From the NCBI GenBank assembly GCA_963817895.1, contig CAWFQB010000009.1, positions 32,001 to 96,000 of the forward strand: DNA of 64,000 bases, written 5' to 3'. Every line of letters starts with the position of its first letter. The first letter of the stretch is position 1. Origin of the DNA: an uncultured Chthonomonadaceae bacterium (GTDB lineage: Bacteria > Armatimonadota > Chthonomonadetes > Chthonomonadales > Chthonomonadaceae). The position numbers were made by a program, and so were the translations under genes. This document shows, piece after piece, positions 30,397 through 39,120 of this stretch. The notes below the pieces were generated by a model. It had not been told where the DNA came from. It ran no database searches and saw only the letters and a list, made by a program, of their open reading frames with translations.

Positions 30397-31674
30397 TCAG
30401 TTGGTAGGCAGAACAATATCGGTTGGCGGCTTGCCGTCGGCGGGGCGTTCTACGGGGTCGCGGTACTTGACGCTGCCGTCCTTGTAGCCGCCGCCGGTCA
30501 GGTAGAAGCGGTTGCCGATTGCGCCCGCGTCGTAATCGGTTCGGCTGTCTTTGCCGGTGTGGGTGAAGACGGCTTTGGTCAGTTCCGTCCATTGCCCGTC
30601 AGCCGTTTTGATCCACTGCCGCCCAAATTCCGCTAATCGCTTCTGCTGCCCGTTCGCGCTGTTCCAATCCTCGTCGAAAGAGTACAGGCCGCGCAGATAG
30701 CTGCCGTCTTTGGGGGCGCGGAACCGGGCAATGATGTCCCATTTGTGTTTTTCGGGGAAATAGAACCAGCCCGTGTAGATGGTAGCGGTTCCGTCCGGCT
30801 GCGCGGACACGAGAAAGCGGTACGTCTGCCCCGTTTTCCAGTTGTATACCAGATGGCTATGCCCGCCTGTTCCCTCGTTACCAAAACTGTCCGCGAACAC
30901 GCCCGCGCCCTTCGCCAGCAGTTTCACGCGATTGTCGTCAGTGACTTTGCCCCTGTCTTTGGCTTCTGCGCCGCTATCCCAAACCGAAAAGATGATGCGC
31001 CGCTCGGTCGGGCTGTTGACCTGCATCCCGAAATAGCCCCGATGCCAGCCACACGCCATATAGTATGACCAGACGGGGTCGGTTTTAGCCGTCACCTCGT
31101 TGTAGAACCATTCCACTTTGGCGTCTTTGGGGATGGGGTAACTCAGATGCACGGACGGCGCGCCCCGCTGCTGCGGTATCTGGTTGAAATGCGCGCCCTG
31201 CGCAGCAGGTCCACTTAACGCCAGTTCGTCTATATCGCCGAATATAACGTCGCTTTTGTCCACGCCTTGCAGTTCAAATCGCTGATACCCGGGTTCGGTT
31301 ATGTCTATGCTACCGAAGGTGACAGGAAGCGCCGACTGTAAGCCCGTTCCCATCACCTCGGCAGTCAGCGCGTGTTTGCCGATTGTAAGCCGCAGTTTCG
31401 ATTTGGCTGAGGCAGGCAGGCGTATCGTAACTCCCACCGTAAGTTTGCCCGGCGTGTTGATTTTGCCATACCAGACCAGTTTTTCATTTGCGTGGTTCCA
31501 CTCGGTCAGCCCTGTGCGCTCAATGTTCAAGGCTTCCGCATCCGGTTCGCTGTACGCCGTGTATGCGGGAACGCGCAGCATCTGTTTAGAATCTACTTCG
31601 ACTTGCATGGAGTGACACGCCGACGACAGCGCAAACGAAATACCAAGGACAGTTGCTGCGAAGCTGATTTTCAT
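30397..31674 (-). CDS. DUF3472/DUF5077 domain secreted protein
   Basis: PSVHLSY, EWFYNEV, GYFGMQVNSPTERRIIFSVW, FGNEGTGGHS. Confidence 0.85.
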   Translation of the reverse strand: MKISFAATVLGISFALSSACHSMQVEVDSKQMLRVPAYTAYSEPDAEALNIERTGLTEWNHANEKLVWYGKINTPGKLTVGVTIRLPASAKSKLRLTIGKHALTAEVMGTGLQSALPVTFGSIDITEPGYQRFELQGVDKSDVIFGDIDELALSGPAAQGAHFNQIPQQRGAPSVHLSYPIPKDAKVEWFYNEVTAKTDPVWSYYMACGWHRGYFGMQVNSPTERRIIFSVWDSGAEAKDRGKVTDDNRVKLLAKGAGVFADSFGNEGTGGHSHLVYNWKTGQTYRFLVSAQPDGTATIYTGWFYFPEKHKWDIIARFRAPKDGSYLRGLYSFDEDWNSANGQQKRLAEFGRQWIKTADGQWTELTKAVFTHTGKDSRTDYDAGAIGNRFYLTGGGYKDGSVKYRDPVERPADGKPPTDIVLPTN

Positions 31675-31699
31675 AATTTCTCCAGTCCTTTTCAGGACG

Positions 31700-31912
31700 C
31701 TAAAACTGTGGGTCTATGTCCAGACGCTTCTTCTCCGCTTTCCACCATTTTGCCCACACATCAGGATCTGTGCCCAAATCTTGCTCTGCCAATAGCTTCA
31801 ATTTATCAAGAGCTTCTTCGATTGACATGTTCCTTGCCCAATCATATCGTGCCGCTGCAGGCAGTTTGTTCCTGAGACGCATAATCAGCAATTCTTGTGG
31901 AAACACTCTCAC
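31700..31912 (-). CDS. Small hypothetical protein
   Basis: GTG start with a gaggggag SD; LKLLAEQDLGTDPDVWAKWW. Confidence 0.55.
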   Translation of the reverse strand: MRVFPQELLIMRLRNKLPAAARYDWARNMSIEEALDKLKLLAEQDLGTDPDVWAKWWKAEKKRLDIDPQF

Positions 31913-31975
31913 AACTTGCTCCCTCGCATAGAAATCTCGTCAAGGAACAGGAAACATTTGCATCACGGTGTAGGG

Positions 31976-32521
31976 CTATTCGTCCTCATCTCCGAAGGCG
32001 GCGTATACTTTCGGGAAGCGGCGGGCAAGTTCCGCCTCATCTTCATCTGTGTCTTCAGACCAGCGTTGTCCCGTCGGCTCTGACGGATGTTTCCTCCCCG
32101 TCGCAGGAATTTCCTGCCCGGTTTTCGCCTCGTATACTTCTCCCGCCACATAGCCGAACTCTTCAAAATCCGTAATCTCCAAATCGGGGCTTGTAAACAC
32201 ATCTACCAGCGCATCGGCATCTGCCATGCCCCTGTCGTACACGTCTTTGCCCATCGAAATCAGCCAGTCGCGAAAATAGTGGAAGCCATCGTCGGAACAG
32301 CCGCCATTTACCAGATACGCGACCGCCCATAAATCCCAATGGTACGCCGCGACGTGGAACTGCGCGTACCATTTTTTGAACGCTACAATGTCTTCGGGCG
32401 TGAGCCGGGACAGCAGTATTTGCAGGCGGTCCAGTTGCCGATCCATGTTGCCTGTGGTCAGTTGCGGGTTCCATTCGGAACGCGAGTCCGTGATAATGTT
32501 CCAGAATTCCTGTTCGGTCAT
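31976..32521 (-). CDS. DUF4240 domain protein
   Basis: MTEQEFWNII, LWAVAYLVNGGCSDDGFHYFRDWLISMG, RFPKV. Confidence 0.88.
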   Translation of the reverse strand: MTEQEFWNIITDSRSEWNPQLTTGNMDRQLDRLQILLSRLTPEDIVAFKKWYAQFHVAAYHWDLWAVAYLVNGGCSDDGFHYFRDWLISMGKDVYDRGMADADALVDVFTSPDLEITDFEEFGYVAGEVYEAKTGQEIPATGRKHPSEPTGQRWSEDTDEDEAELARRFPKVYAAFGDEDE

Positions 32522-32630
32522 GGTGTCTCCTGTGTAAAAAGCGATGATTAATAGGTGGCGAGAGAGATAGGTTTTCGGTGGGCAAGTCGGTTCGCGGTTC
32601 GTCCGTACCCCTTAACCCTTATCACTTGTT

Positions 32631-32764
32631 CAGGGCCGGCGCATCTTAACTGACGAGAACTTGCTCTAAATAGGGGTTGTCCCATCCGGCTTTCTTCTGC
32701 CGCGCCTTGATGCCGCGCTCACAGGTCTTCTCCTGCCGGATCAGGTTTAGATGCGCCGGCCCTG
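32631..32764. other. Structured intergenic element closed by a 16-bp perfect inverted repeat (candidate ncRNA or MITE)
   Basis: cagggccggcgcatct (32631-32646) pairs with agatgcgccggccctg (32749-32764); inner stem atccggc/gccggat. Confidence 0.5.
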
Positions 32765-32946
32765 GGGCCACCTCCTATTTTACTCTGCCCTGAACAGCGT
32801 AGTCCGGCTTCGCGGGAACAGCCGAGCTACTATCCGCGTATAAAAGCAGGAGAGCCTGCTTGCTCTCCTGTCTGGCGCAACCTCTCGCGCGCTTTTGCGC
32901 CTCACTTTGCCAGACTGCCAGCATACAAACAAGAAGGAGCGCGTTC

Positions 32947-33207
32947 ATGAACACAGCCTATCGCGGGCGGGCGACGGCGTTACTTTTCGGAGTGGCGTCT
33001 GTTGTGGGGGCGTGTAGTTTTGCCCAGGCTCAGGACAAGCCGCACAAGAGCCTGATCAAGCGCCATCCAACGGCCTCGGCAGCGGTGGCGGGCGTGGCGG
33101 CGCATCACATTGCCAAACGACACGGGCATGGCATTATGCACCGGCATCCGGTCGCGACCGGAGTGGCGGCGGCAGCGGTGACGCATCACATGGCGAAGAA
33201 GAAGTAG
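32947..33207 (+). CDS. Small secreted His/Lys/Ala-rich protein
   Basis: SD gaaggag; signal peptide ending AQA; two internal repeats. Confidence 0.75.
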   Translation: MNTAYRGRATALLFGVASVVGACSFAQAQDKPHKSLIKRHPTASAAVAGVAAHHIAKRHGHGIMHRHPVATGVAAAAVTHHMAKKK

Positions 33208-33370
33208 CGTATCGCGGAACCTTCTGTTCTGTCAACAGGCGCGACGATAAAGAAATCGTCGCGCCTGTTGTGTTGTCTCTGATACCGTCCTGATGCCTGC
33301 ATCCTTTTCCAATTCATTGAGTGAAAGAGTGGGCGTTGCGGCAGTCCTGCGAACAGGGCGGAAAAAGGGT

Positions 33371-33612
33371 ATGTAGAGACAGCGTCGAAATATTGGCAAT
33401 GCAGCGCTTCCAGCCCGGTGTCTCGTTGTGTCAAATTTTTTCTAAAGAGGCGTCGTGACCTCATGCGCGTCAGGGCGAACGAGAAGTATGTACAGGCATC
33501 TTCCAGCGCCTCCCCTTCCAGATTAGATTGTTGAGAGTGCAGAGAAACTCCGCTCTTGCAACGTCCCGCCGCCTGTCTAATTGACAGACATTTGTACCAG
33601 TAGACAGGAGGA
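33371..33612 (-). repeat. ~240 bp dispersed non-coding repeat, copy 2
   Basis: Reverse-complement homolog of 19578-19810. Confidence 0.8.
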
Positions 33613-33802
33613 TTCGTGCAGAAGTTTCATGTTTTTGCTGATTTTTTGTAGGATTACAGACATTTTTCCTGATGGGGATTTCCGGTTTTTGAAGCAGCCA
33701 GCGAGTTAGCAAGGAGGAGAACGCTTTCGGGACACCAACTCCCGTGAACAGAAAACTCCCGGCATATCTATTCTGCTTTTTCGCGCATCAGGAGGAACCC
33801 CT

Positions 33803-34168
33803 ATGAACCGCATCGTTCACTTCGAGTTGCCGGTATCCAACCCGGAAGCTTCCATCCAGTTCTACTCCGACGTTTTCGGCTGGAAGTTCCAGAAATGGGA
33901 CGGGCCGATGGATTACTGGATGATTAGTACGGGCGAAGGCGAGCCGGGAATCAACGGCGGGCTGAAGCGCCGTAATTTCCCGGCCCAACCGGTCGCCTGC
34001 ACGGTGGAAGTGGAGAATGTGGATGCCATCTGCGCGGCCATTGAAGCGGCGGGCGGAACGATTTTGCTGCCCAAAATGGCGGTTCCGGGCATCGGCTGGC
34101 TGGCCTACTTCAGTGACCCGGATGGCCTGATTACCGGCGTCATGCAAAACGATCCTACTGCCGGATAG
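33803..34168 (+). CDS. VOC/glyoxalase family protein
   Basis: IVHFEL, FYSDVFGW, GINGG, PGIGWLAYFSDPDG; SD aggagg. Confidence 0.93.
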   Translation: MNRIVHFELPVSNPEASIQFYSDVFGWKFQKWDGPMDYWMISTGEGEPGINGGLKRRNFPAQPVACTVEVENVDAICAAIEAAGGTILLPKMAVPGIGWLAYFSDPDGLITGVMQNDPTAG

Positions 34169-34249
34169 TAGAGCGCGGGCGCAATAACCAAAAGCCGTCT
34201 TGGAACTCTATCTGAATTTCGAGACGGCTTATACCTCAGAAACAACCAT

Positions 34250-34318
34250 GTAGGGACACAACTTGTTGTGTCCTCCACCGGTAAAATGGAGGGCAGACAC
34301 AACAAGTTGTGTCCCTAC
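34250..34318. repeat. Inverted pair of GTAG REPs
   Basis: gtagggacacaacttgttgtgtcc ... gacacaacaagttgtgtccctac. Confidence 0.8.
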
Positions 34319-34621
34319 GAATGTTTCTTGAACAGTACTGCGGTCAAGAATAAGTCTCGATTTTAAGTTCGGCGGAATTCAAGGAATAGAGCGTAATTCA
34401 AGCAAACAACGATAACAGGCCGTTCGCCGTAACACGCAGGTATACTCTGTATCATCCAAGTTCAAATAATTCAACTTATGGACAAACCAGATAAAGATTG
34501 TACTATGGCGGGGTTCCGGGTGTTGAAAACACCCGTCTGAGTGGCGTTCCGCCAAGCGTCCTACGGACGCGGGATTGTACAATGTTCAAGTGGTTTGTCC
34601 ATTAGAGGGTGGAAATTGAGT

Positions 34622-35257
34622 ATGACCCTGCAAGTTCAACATCCAGAGCGCACACGCCTCTGTTTTCGGGAACCCGTACCTGAGATTGCTGATGCAGCGC
34701 GCTACTTAGATGAGGCGGTGTCTGCTCATCTTGCAGGGCGGACGGACTTGGCTGAACAATTGATACAACGCGCCGATATGCCTGCGATTCGAGAATGGAC
34801 AGAGTTTATTTGGGGCGGCAAAAGTCCTTACAAACAATCCCGATTCGTATTGGATGCGCCTCCTGTATTTTCAAAAGATGAGCGTGAAACGCGAAAACCA
34901 ACATCCTCTCAGCAAAAACTGCTGCTCTTGCGAGATGGCTACCATTGCCGTTTCTGCGGAATACCTCTGATCCGAGCGGAAATTCGTAAACGGATTAGAG
35001 AATTCTATCCGCGCGCATTGGTATGGGGAAAACCAAACATAGAACAACACGCCGCGTTTCAAGCCATGTGGGTACAATATGACCATGTTTTGCCTCATTC
35101 CAGAGGTGGAAGCAGCGACATAGAGAATCTTGTGATTACCTGCGGCCCGTGTAATTTTGGACGTATGGAGTCTACTTTGGAGGAGGTCGGCTTGATTGAT
35201 CCGCGAACACGCGAACCTGTCCGCTCGGCATGGGATGGACTGGAACGCTTCAAATAA
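34622..35257 (+). CDS. HNH endonuclease
   Basis: RDGYHCRFCG, DHVLPHSRGG, NLVITCGPCN. Confidence 0.88.
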   Translation: MTLQVQHPERTRLCFREPVPEIADAARYLDEAVSAHLAGRTDLAEQLIQRADMPAIREWTEFIWGGKSPYKQSRFVLDAPPVFSKDERETRKPTSSQQKLLLLRDGYHCRFCGIPLIRAEIRKRIREFYPRALVWGKPNIEQHAAFQAMWVQYDHVLPHSRGGSSDIENLVITCGPCNFGRMESTLEEVGLIDPRTREPVRSAWDGLERFK

Positions 35258-35297
35258 AATTTTCTTCGGAAATGTTCCAGTCGGGTAAACTGAAGGC

Positions 35298-38200
35298 ATG
35301 AATTTTTTATGCCGACTCCGTTTTCGACAGCGTTTCACCTGCCGCCATTTTGCGCCCCTGTTTCTGACAGGCGCGTTTGTATCTGTAATAGCGCCTTTCG
35401 CCCTTGCCGCGCCGCCTGTTCCCTACCCTTTCACGGCACAGGCGGGAACGCCTGCTGAACAGAATTTGATTATCAAGAATGTGGGTTCTGCCATGCAGGG
35501 CGAGTTGCGCCACGCGGATAAGGGACAGTTCTGGATATACGGCTTTCCTGTCGCGCCCGGTTCGCGCTGTACCCTCGCGCTGACGCTGGACACTGCGGCA
35601 GACACCACGCCGCCAATCGCAGCCGTATTGGGCGCGGACAACAAGCCGCTTGCCATCCACACCGAAACCGCGCAGAATACGTTTCTCATCGTCTGGACGG
35701 TTCCGGTCAAGTGGTCGGTTGGCAATCGCATTTCCGTGATGTTGAGCGCGAAAAACGGGGCAGTGGCAGTAAAAAGCCTGCAATTGGCGCAGGCGTTGCC
35801 GGACAGCAATGGCGACGGCGTACCGGACGTGGTTCGGCAATTGCTGACGGCTGGCTTGCCTTCCGGTTCGCGTATCAGTGTGGTTCGTCCGCCCGCGCAG
35901 CCGTTTACCGTGACGGCAAGCGACCAAACCCTGACGCCCGCATTGGACACGCAGACCGACGCCATTTTTGCCGACACGACAGACCCGGCGGTTATCAACG
36001 GCTGGAAAACGCGCGGCTATACGGTGTGGAGTTTTGGCAGCAGCAGAGTGAGCGATACATTCGCGCAGCAGAATCGCGATGCGGTACAAACCGGGCGCGA
36101 CGGCAAGCCGGTTGCGGGCAAGCCTGTCAGCGGCAAATCCCTTTCCACTTCAGAGCAGACGTGGGTATCCGCCGCGCCATCTGTGCTGGCGCGGGATCGC
36201 GGTTTGTTCGACGACGCGCTGCGGGCGGGCAGCGACGGCGCGTGTTTTCTGGAACCGGAGTATCTGGCGGCAGCCGGGTACGAACCCGCGTTCAAGCAGG
36301 CGTGGCAGAACGAGTACCGCGCGGCGTGGCTTGACCCGGTTTCCGGCATTGACGCCCGGTATCGCGCCAGTCGGCTGATGGCGCAGGGCGTGGCGGCGCG
36401 AACGCAATCCGCCATGCAGGGCATAGCGGCGAACAAGCCGAACGCGCGGCGGATGGTGGCCGCGCAAAGTCTGTTCAACGGGGCCGAGCGCGGCTTCATC
36501 AGCCCCGTAGCCCGCATTGTCGGCCTGAACGAAGTGACCGATATTTTGGCGGATGTGGATACCAGTACCACGTCCGCGCCGATGCGCTATGCCGGACTGC
36601 GGCAGGCCATGACCTTCGACCGCGCCTATCTGGAATACTCCTCCATTTATCATGCCGCAAGGGGCGCGAACAAGCGCGTCTGGTTTCAGGTCAACCCGGT
36701 TGCGGGCGATGCGCCGGACACCCCCGACCTGCGCGCGAATTTTGAGCAATCTTTAACTGCCGCCCTGCTTCTCCCGGACGTAAACGCCTATCAACTAACG
36801 CTGCCCTTGCAGACGCTGACTTCCTCCGCGCCCCCGGACGAACAAATACGGCTGCACAGCCTGTTGAGCGCGTTGGAAGATATGCACAATCAAACCGCGA
36901 TTTCCGGCAATGCGGATAAGGACGACGATATTGGCGTGCTGGTGAGCGATTCCATTCAATGGCAGCGCGAAGGGCCCAGTTCAAGCGATCTCGACGGCCT
37001 GTACGGATTGGCCCTGCCCCTGCTACAGCGCGGTATTCCCGTTCAGATGGTATCGCTTGACCGCGCAGCCGACCCCGGCTATCTGAACGGCTTCAAAACC
37101 CTGCTCGTCTCGTATGATTTCCAGAAGCCGTTGGGAACGCGGACACAACAGGCGCTTGTGGAGTGGGTTCGGCGCGGCGGCAGCCTGATCTACGTGGGCG
37201 GGACCGACGCTTATAACGGCGTGACCGACTCGTGGTGGCAGCAGGCCGCTCTTGTCGCGCCGCAAATGGATTTGTGGAAGCAGTTCGGCCTGAATCTGGG
37301 CGCTCCAACCCCGCGCATGGCCCCCGCCGAAGACAGCAACCGCTACACTACTGTTTTGACTTCCAACAATCAGGCCGACACTTCCCGCCAATCGCGAACG
37401 ATTGATCTCACTCGCTTTGCGGCGGCTACCGGCAGCGTCGCCATCCGTTTTTCCGCCCGAAACGCGGATTCGGCCAACGGGGTTTCGGTGTCTTTCGGGG
37501 AGTTGAGCGTGGGCGGCAAGACGGCAGCCTCGTTCACAACCGGTTCGGAAATCGAAAACCGCTTTCTGGTGTACGACAACAACAGCAGTTACAGCCCGAA
37601 TGGTCGCCTTGCCACAGGAGGCGCGTCGTGGACGTATCAGTTCGATAACCTGCCGGTCGATGTTCCCGTCACGCTTACCTTAGATATGGCGGGCAGTTTC
37701 AGCATCGGCGCGGCCTCTGCTCGTCCCGATTTCGGCCACACTCTGCTAAACACCGGCGCGAACGTCCCGCTTTCCAAAGCCTTTCCCCGCCTGCGAATCG
37801 GGGCATCATATCCCGCTACGCTGTATGAGGAAGGGAAAAGGGAAGAGGGAGCAGAAGAAAAGGAGAAGAGGAGAAAAGGAGAAGAGGAGAAGGGGAATAT
37901 TCCACCGGCTATGGGTTCCCTTTCAACTCTCAACTCTCAACTCTCAACTCTATACACCCTGCGGGCCGGGGGAGCGCCGATATGGACGCAGAACGTGGGA
38001 CGCGGGTTGGTATTGAATGTGGGGGTCGCGCCGGGTTTCTTTACGGCAAGCGAGCGGAGCGCGGGACTGCTGCGCGCGCTGGCGCGGTTTGCCCATCAGC
38101 GAGCCGGAGGAACGTACCGTGAACCCGGTTTTCTCCGCATAAAACGGGGCCGCTATACCATTGTTCACACCTTTTCCGAGCCGCTGACAGTGGAAGGGCG

Positions 38201-38561
38201 CATGATAGACGTGCTTTCTCCCACGCTCAATACCGCCGATGACCGTGTTATTCCCCCCGGTTCTTCGGCGCTGCTATACGATCTTGGCAGCCCCGAATCC
38301 GGGCCGCACATCGGTTTTGTATCGGGACGCTTGCAGGCGCGGGTAGAAACCGCTACAACAACCGGCTTCTTTGTCAGAGGCGCGGCAGGCACAACGGGAA
38401 TGGCGCGTCTGCACCGGGGCAATCGCCGCCTGATTGGAGCGCGTGGCACGGATTGGCTGGGGCGTCCCGTTCCCGTACAGGCGCAGGAGGACGGCGGAAC
38501 GCTGCTGCTGCGCTATCCCAACCACCCTGACGGCGTTATCATTCGCGTCGGCTGGCAATAA
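35298..38561 (+). CDS. Large secreted protein, possibly glycoside-hydrolase-like with a beta-galactosidase trimerisation-type domain
   Basis: Signal peptide; DSNGDGVPD Ca-binding-like motif; LEPEY; YGLALPLLQRGIPV...WVRRGGSLIYVGG. Confidence 0.55.
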   Translation: MNFLCRLRFRQRFTCRHFAPLFLTGAFVSVIAPFALAAPPVPYPFTAQAGTPAEQNLIIKNVGSAMQGELRHADKGQFWIYGFPVAPGSRCTLALTLDTAADTTPPIAAVLGADNKPLAIHTETAQNTFLIVWTVPVKWSVGNRISVMLSAKNGAVAVKSLQLAQALPDSNGDGVPDVVRQLLTAGLPSGSRISVVRPPAQPFTVTASDQTLTPALDTQTDAIFADTTDPAVINGWKTRGYTVWSFGSSRVSDTFAQQNRDAVQTGRDGKPVAGKPVSGKSLSTSEQTWVSAAPSVLARDRGLFDDALRAGSDGACFLEPEYLAAAGYEPAFKQAWQNEYRAAWLDPVSGIDARYRASRLMAQGVAARTQSAMQGIAANKPNARRMVAAQSLFNGAERGFISPVARIVGLNEVTDILADVDTSTTSAPMRYAGLRQAMTFDRAYLEYSSIYHAARGANKRVWFQVNPVAGDAPDTPDLRANFEQSLTAALLLPDVNAYQLTLPLQTLTSSAPPDEQIRLHSLLSALEDMHNQTAISGNADKDDDIGVLVSDSIQWQREGPSSSDLDGLYGLALPLLQRGIPVQMVSLDRAADPGYLNGFKTLLVSYDFQKPLGTRTQQALVEWVRRGGSLIYVGGTDAYNGVTDSWWQQAALVAPQMDLWKQFGLNLGAPTPRMAPAEDSNRYTTVLTSNNQADTSRQSRTIDLTRFAAATGSVAIRFSARNADSANGVSVSFGELSVGGKTAASFTTGSEIENRFLVYDNNSSYSPNGRLATGGASWTYQFDNLPVDVPVTLTLDMAGSFSIGAASARPDFGHTLLNTGANVPLSKAFPRLRIGASYPATLYEEGKREEGAEEKEKRRKGEEEKGNIPPAMGSLSTLNSQLSTLYTLRAGGAPIWTQNVGRGLVLNVGVAPGFFTASERSAGLLRALARFAHQRAGGTYREPGFLRIKRGRYTIVHTFSEPLTVEGRMIDVLSPTLNTADDRVIPPGSSALLYDLGSPESGPHIGFVSGRLQARVETATTTGFFVRGAAGTTGMARLHRGNRRLIGARGTDWLGRPVPVQAQEDGGTLLLRYPNHPDGVIIRVGWQ

Positions 38562-38695
38562 CGGGAGGGGATTGTCACGCATAGCAGAGGTTTCCGTGTT
38601 CTATTTATGGCAAACTGAAACCGGCTACAGGACGATTCGCGTAGACAGAGTGTAACCGGCTGGCGCGAACGCGCGCAGAACTTGTACTCTGCCTC

Positions 38696-38724
38696 TTGAC
38701 AGGAATACACTTGTCGGTTACACT
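38696..38724 (+). promoter_or_regulatory. Sigma-70 promoter
   Basis: TTGACA (38696-38701), 17-nt spacer, TACACT (38719-38724). Confidence 0.65.
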
Positions 38725-38855
38725 GTTTATGGAGAGTTGTTCGCATCGCGCTTTGCCTGTGGTTGCGCCATTGCTGCCAGCCACCGGCTCCTGCTTCGGC
38801 AGTACAATTGAAATCGTTCGCAATGTTCTTTGAAAGCCCGCGACGGTGTTGTCGC

Positions 38856-38889
38856 ATCCCCGGAATGTTTGTTTCCGCCGGGGATTTTT
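38856..38889 (+). terminator. Rho-independent terminator upstream of prkA
   Basis: atccccgg ... ccggggat followed by a T run. Confidence 0.55.
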
Positions 38890-39120
38890 GCGTTTGGGGT
38901 GATTTGTGAGTACGGAGCGCATACAAGGAACAGTACGCGCAGGGTGAATCGCGGAGAGTTATTGTCCGCTTGAAAGCGGAGTTCGATTACGCTGGATAGG
39001 CCGTGAGCAAGCGCCGCATTGCCGTTCATTTGTATCAGCCATTTTGAGTTTCGGACTTATCCATTCAGGGGCGGGTACTGAAGTGAGCGCGTTTCGTGGT
39101 TGCGGGAGGACAAGAGTAAC

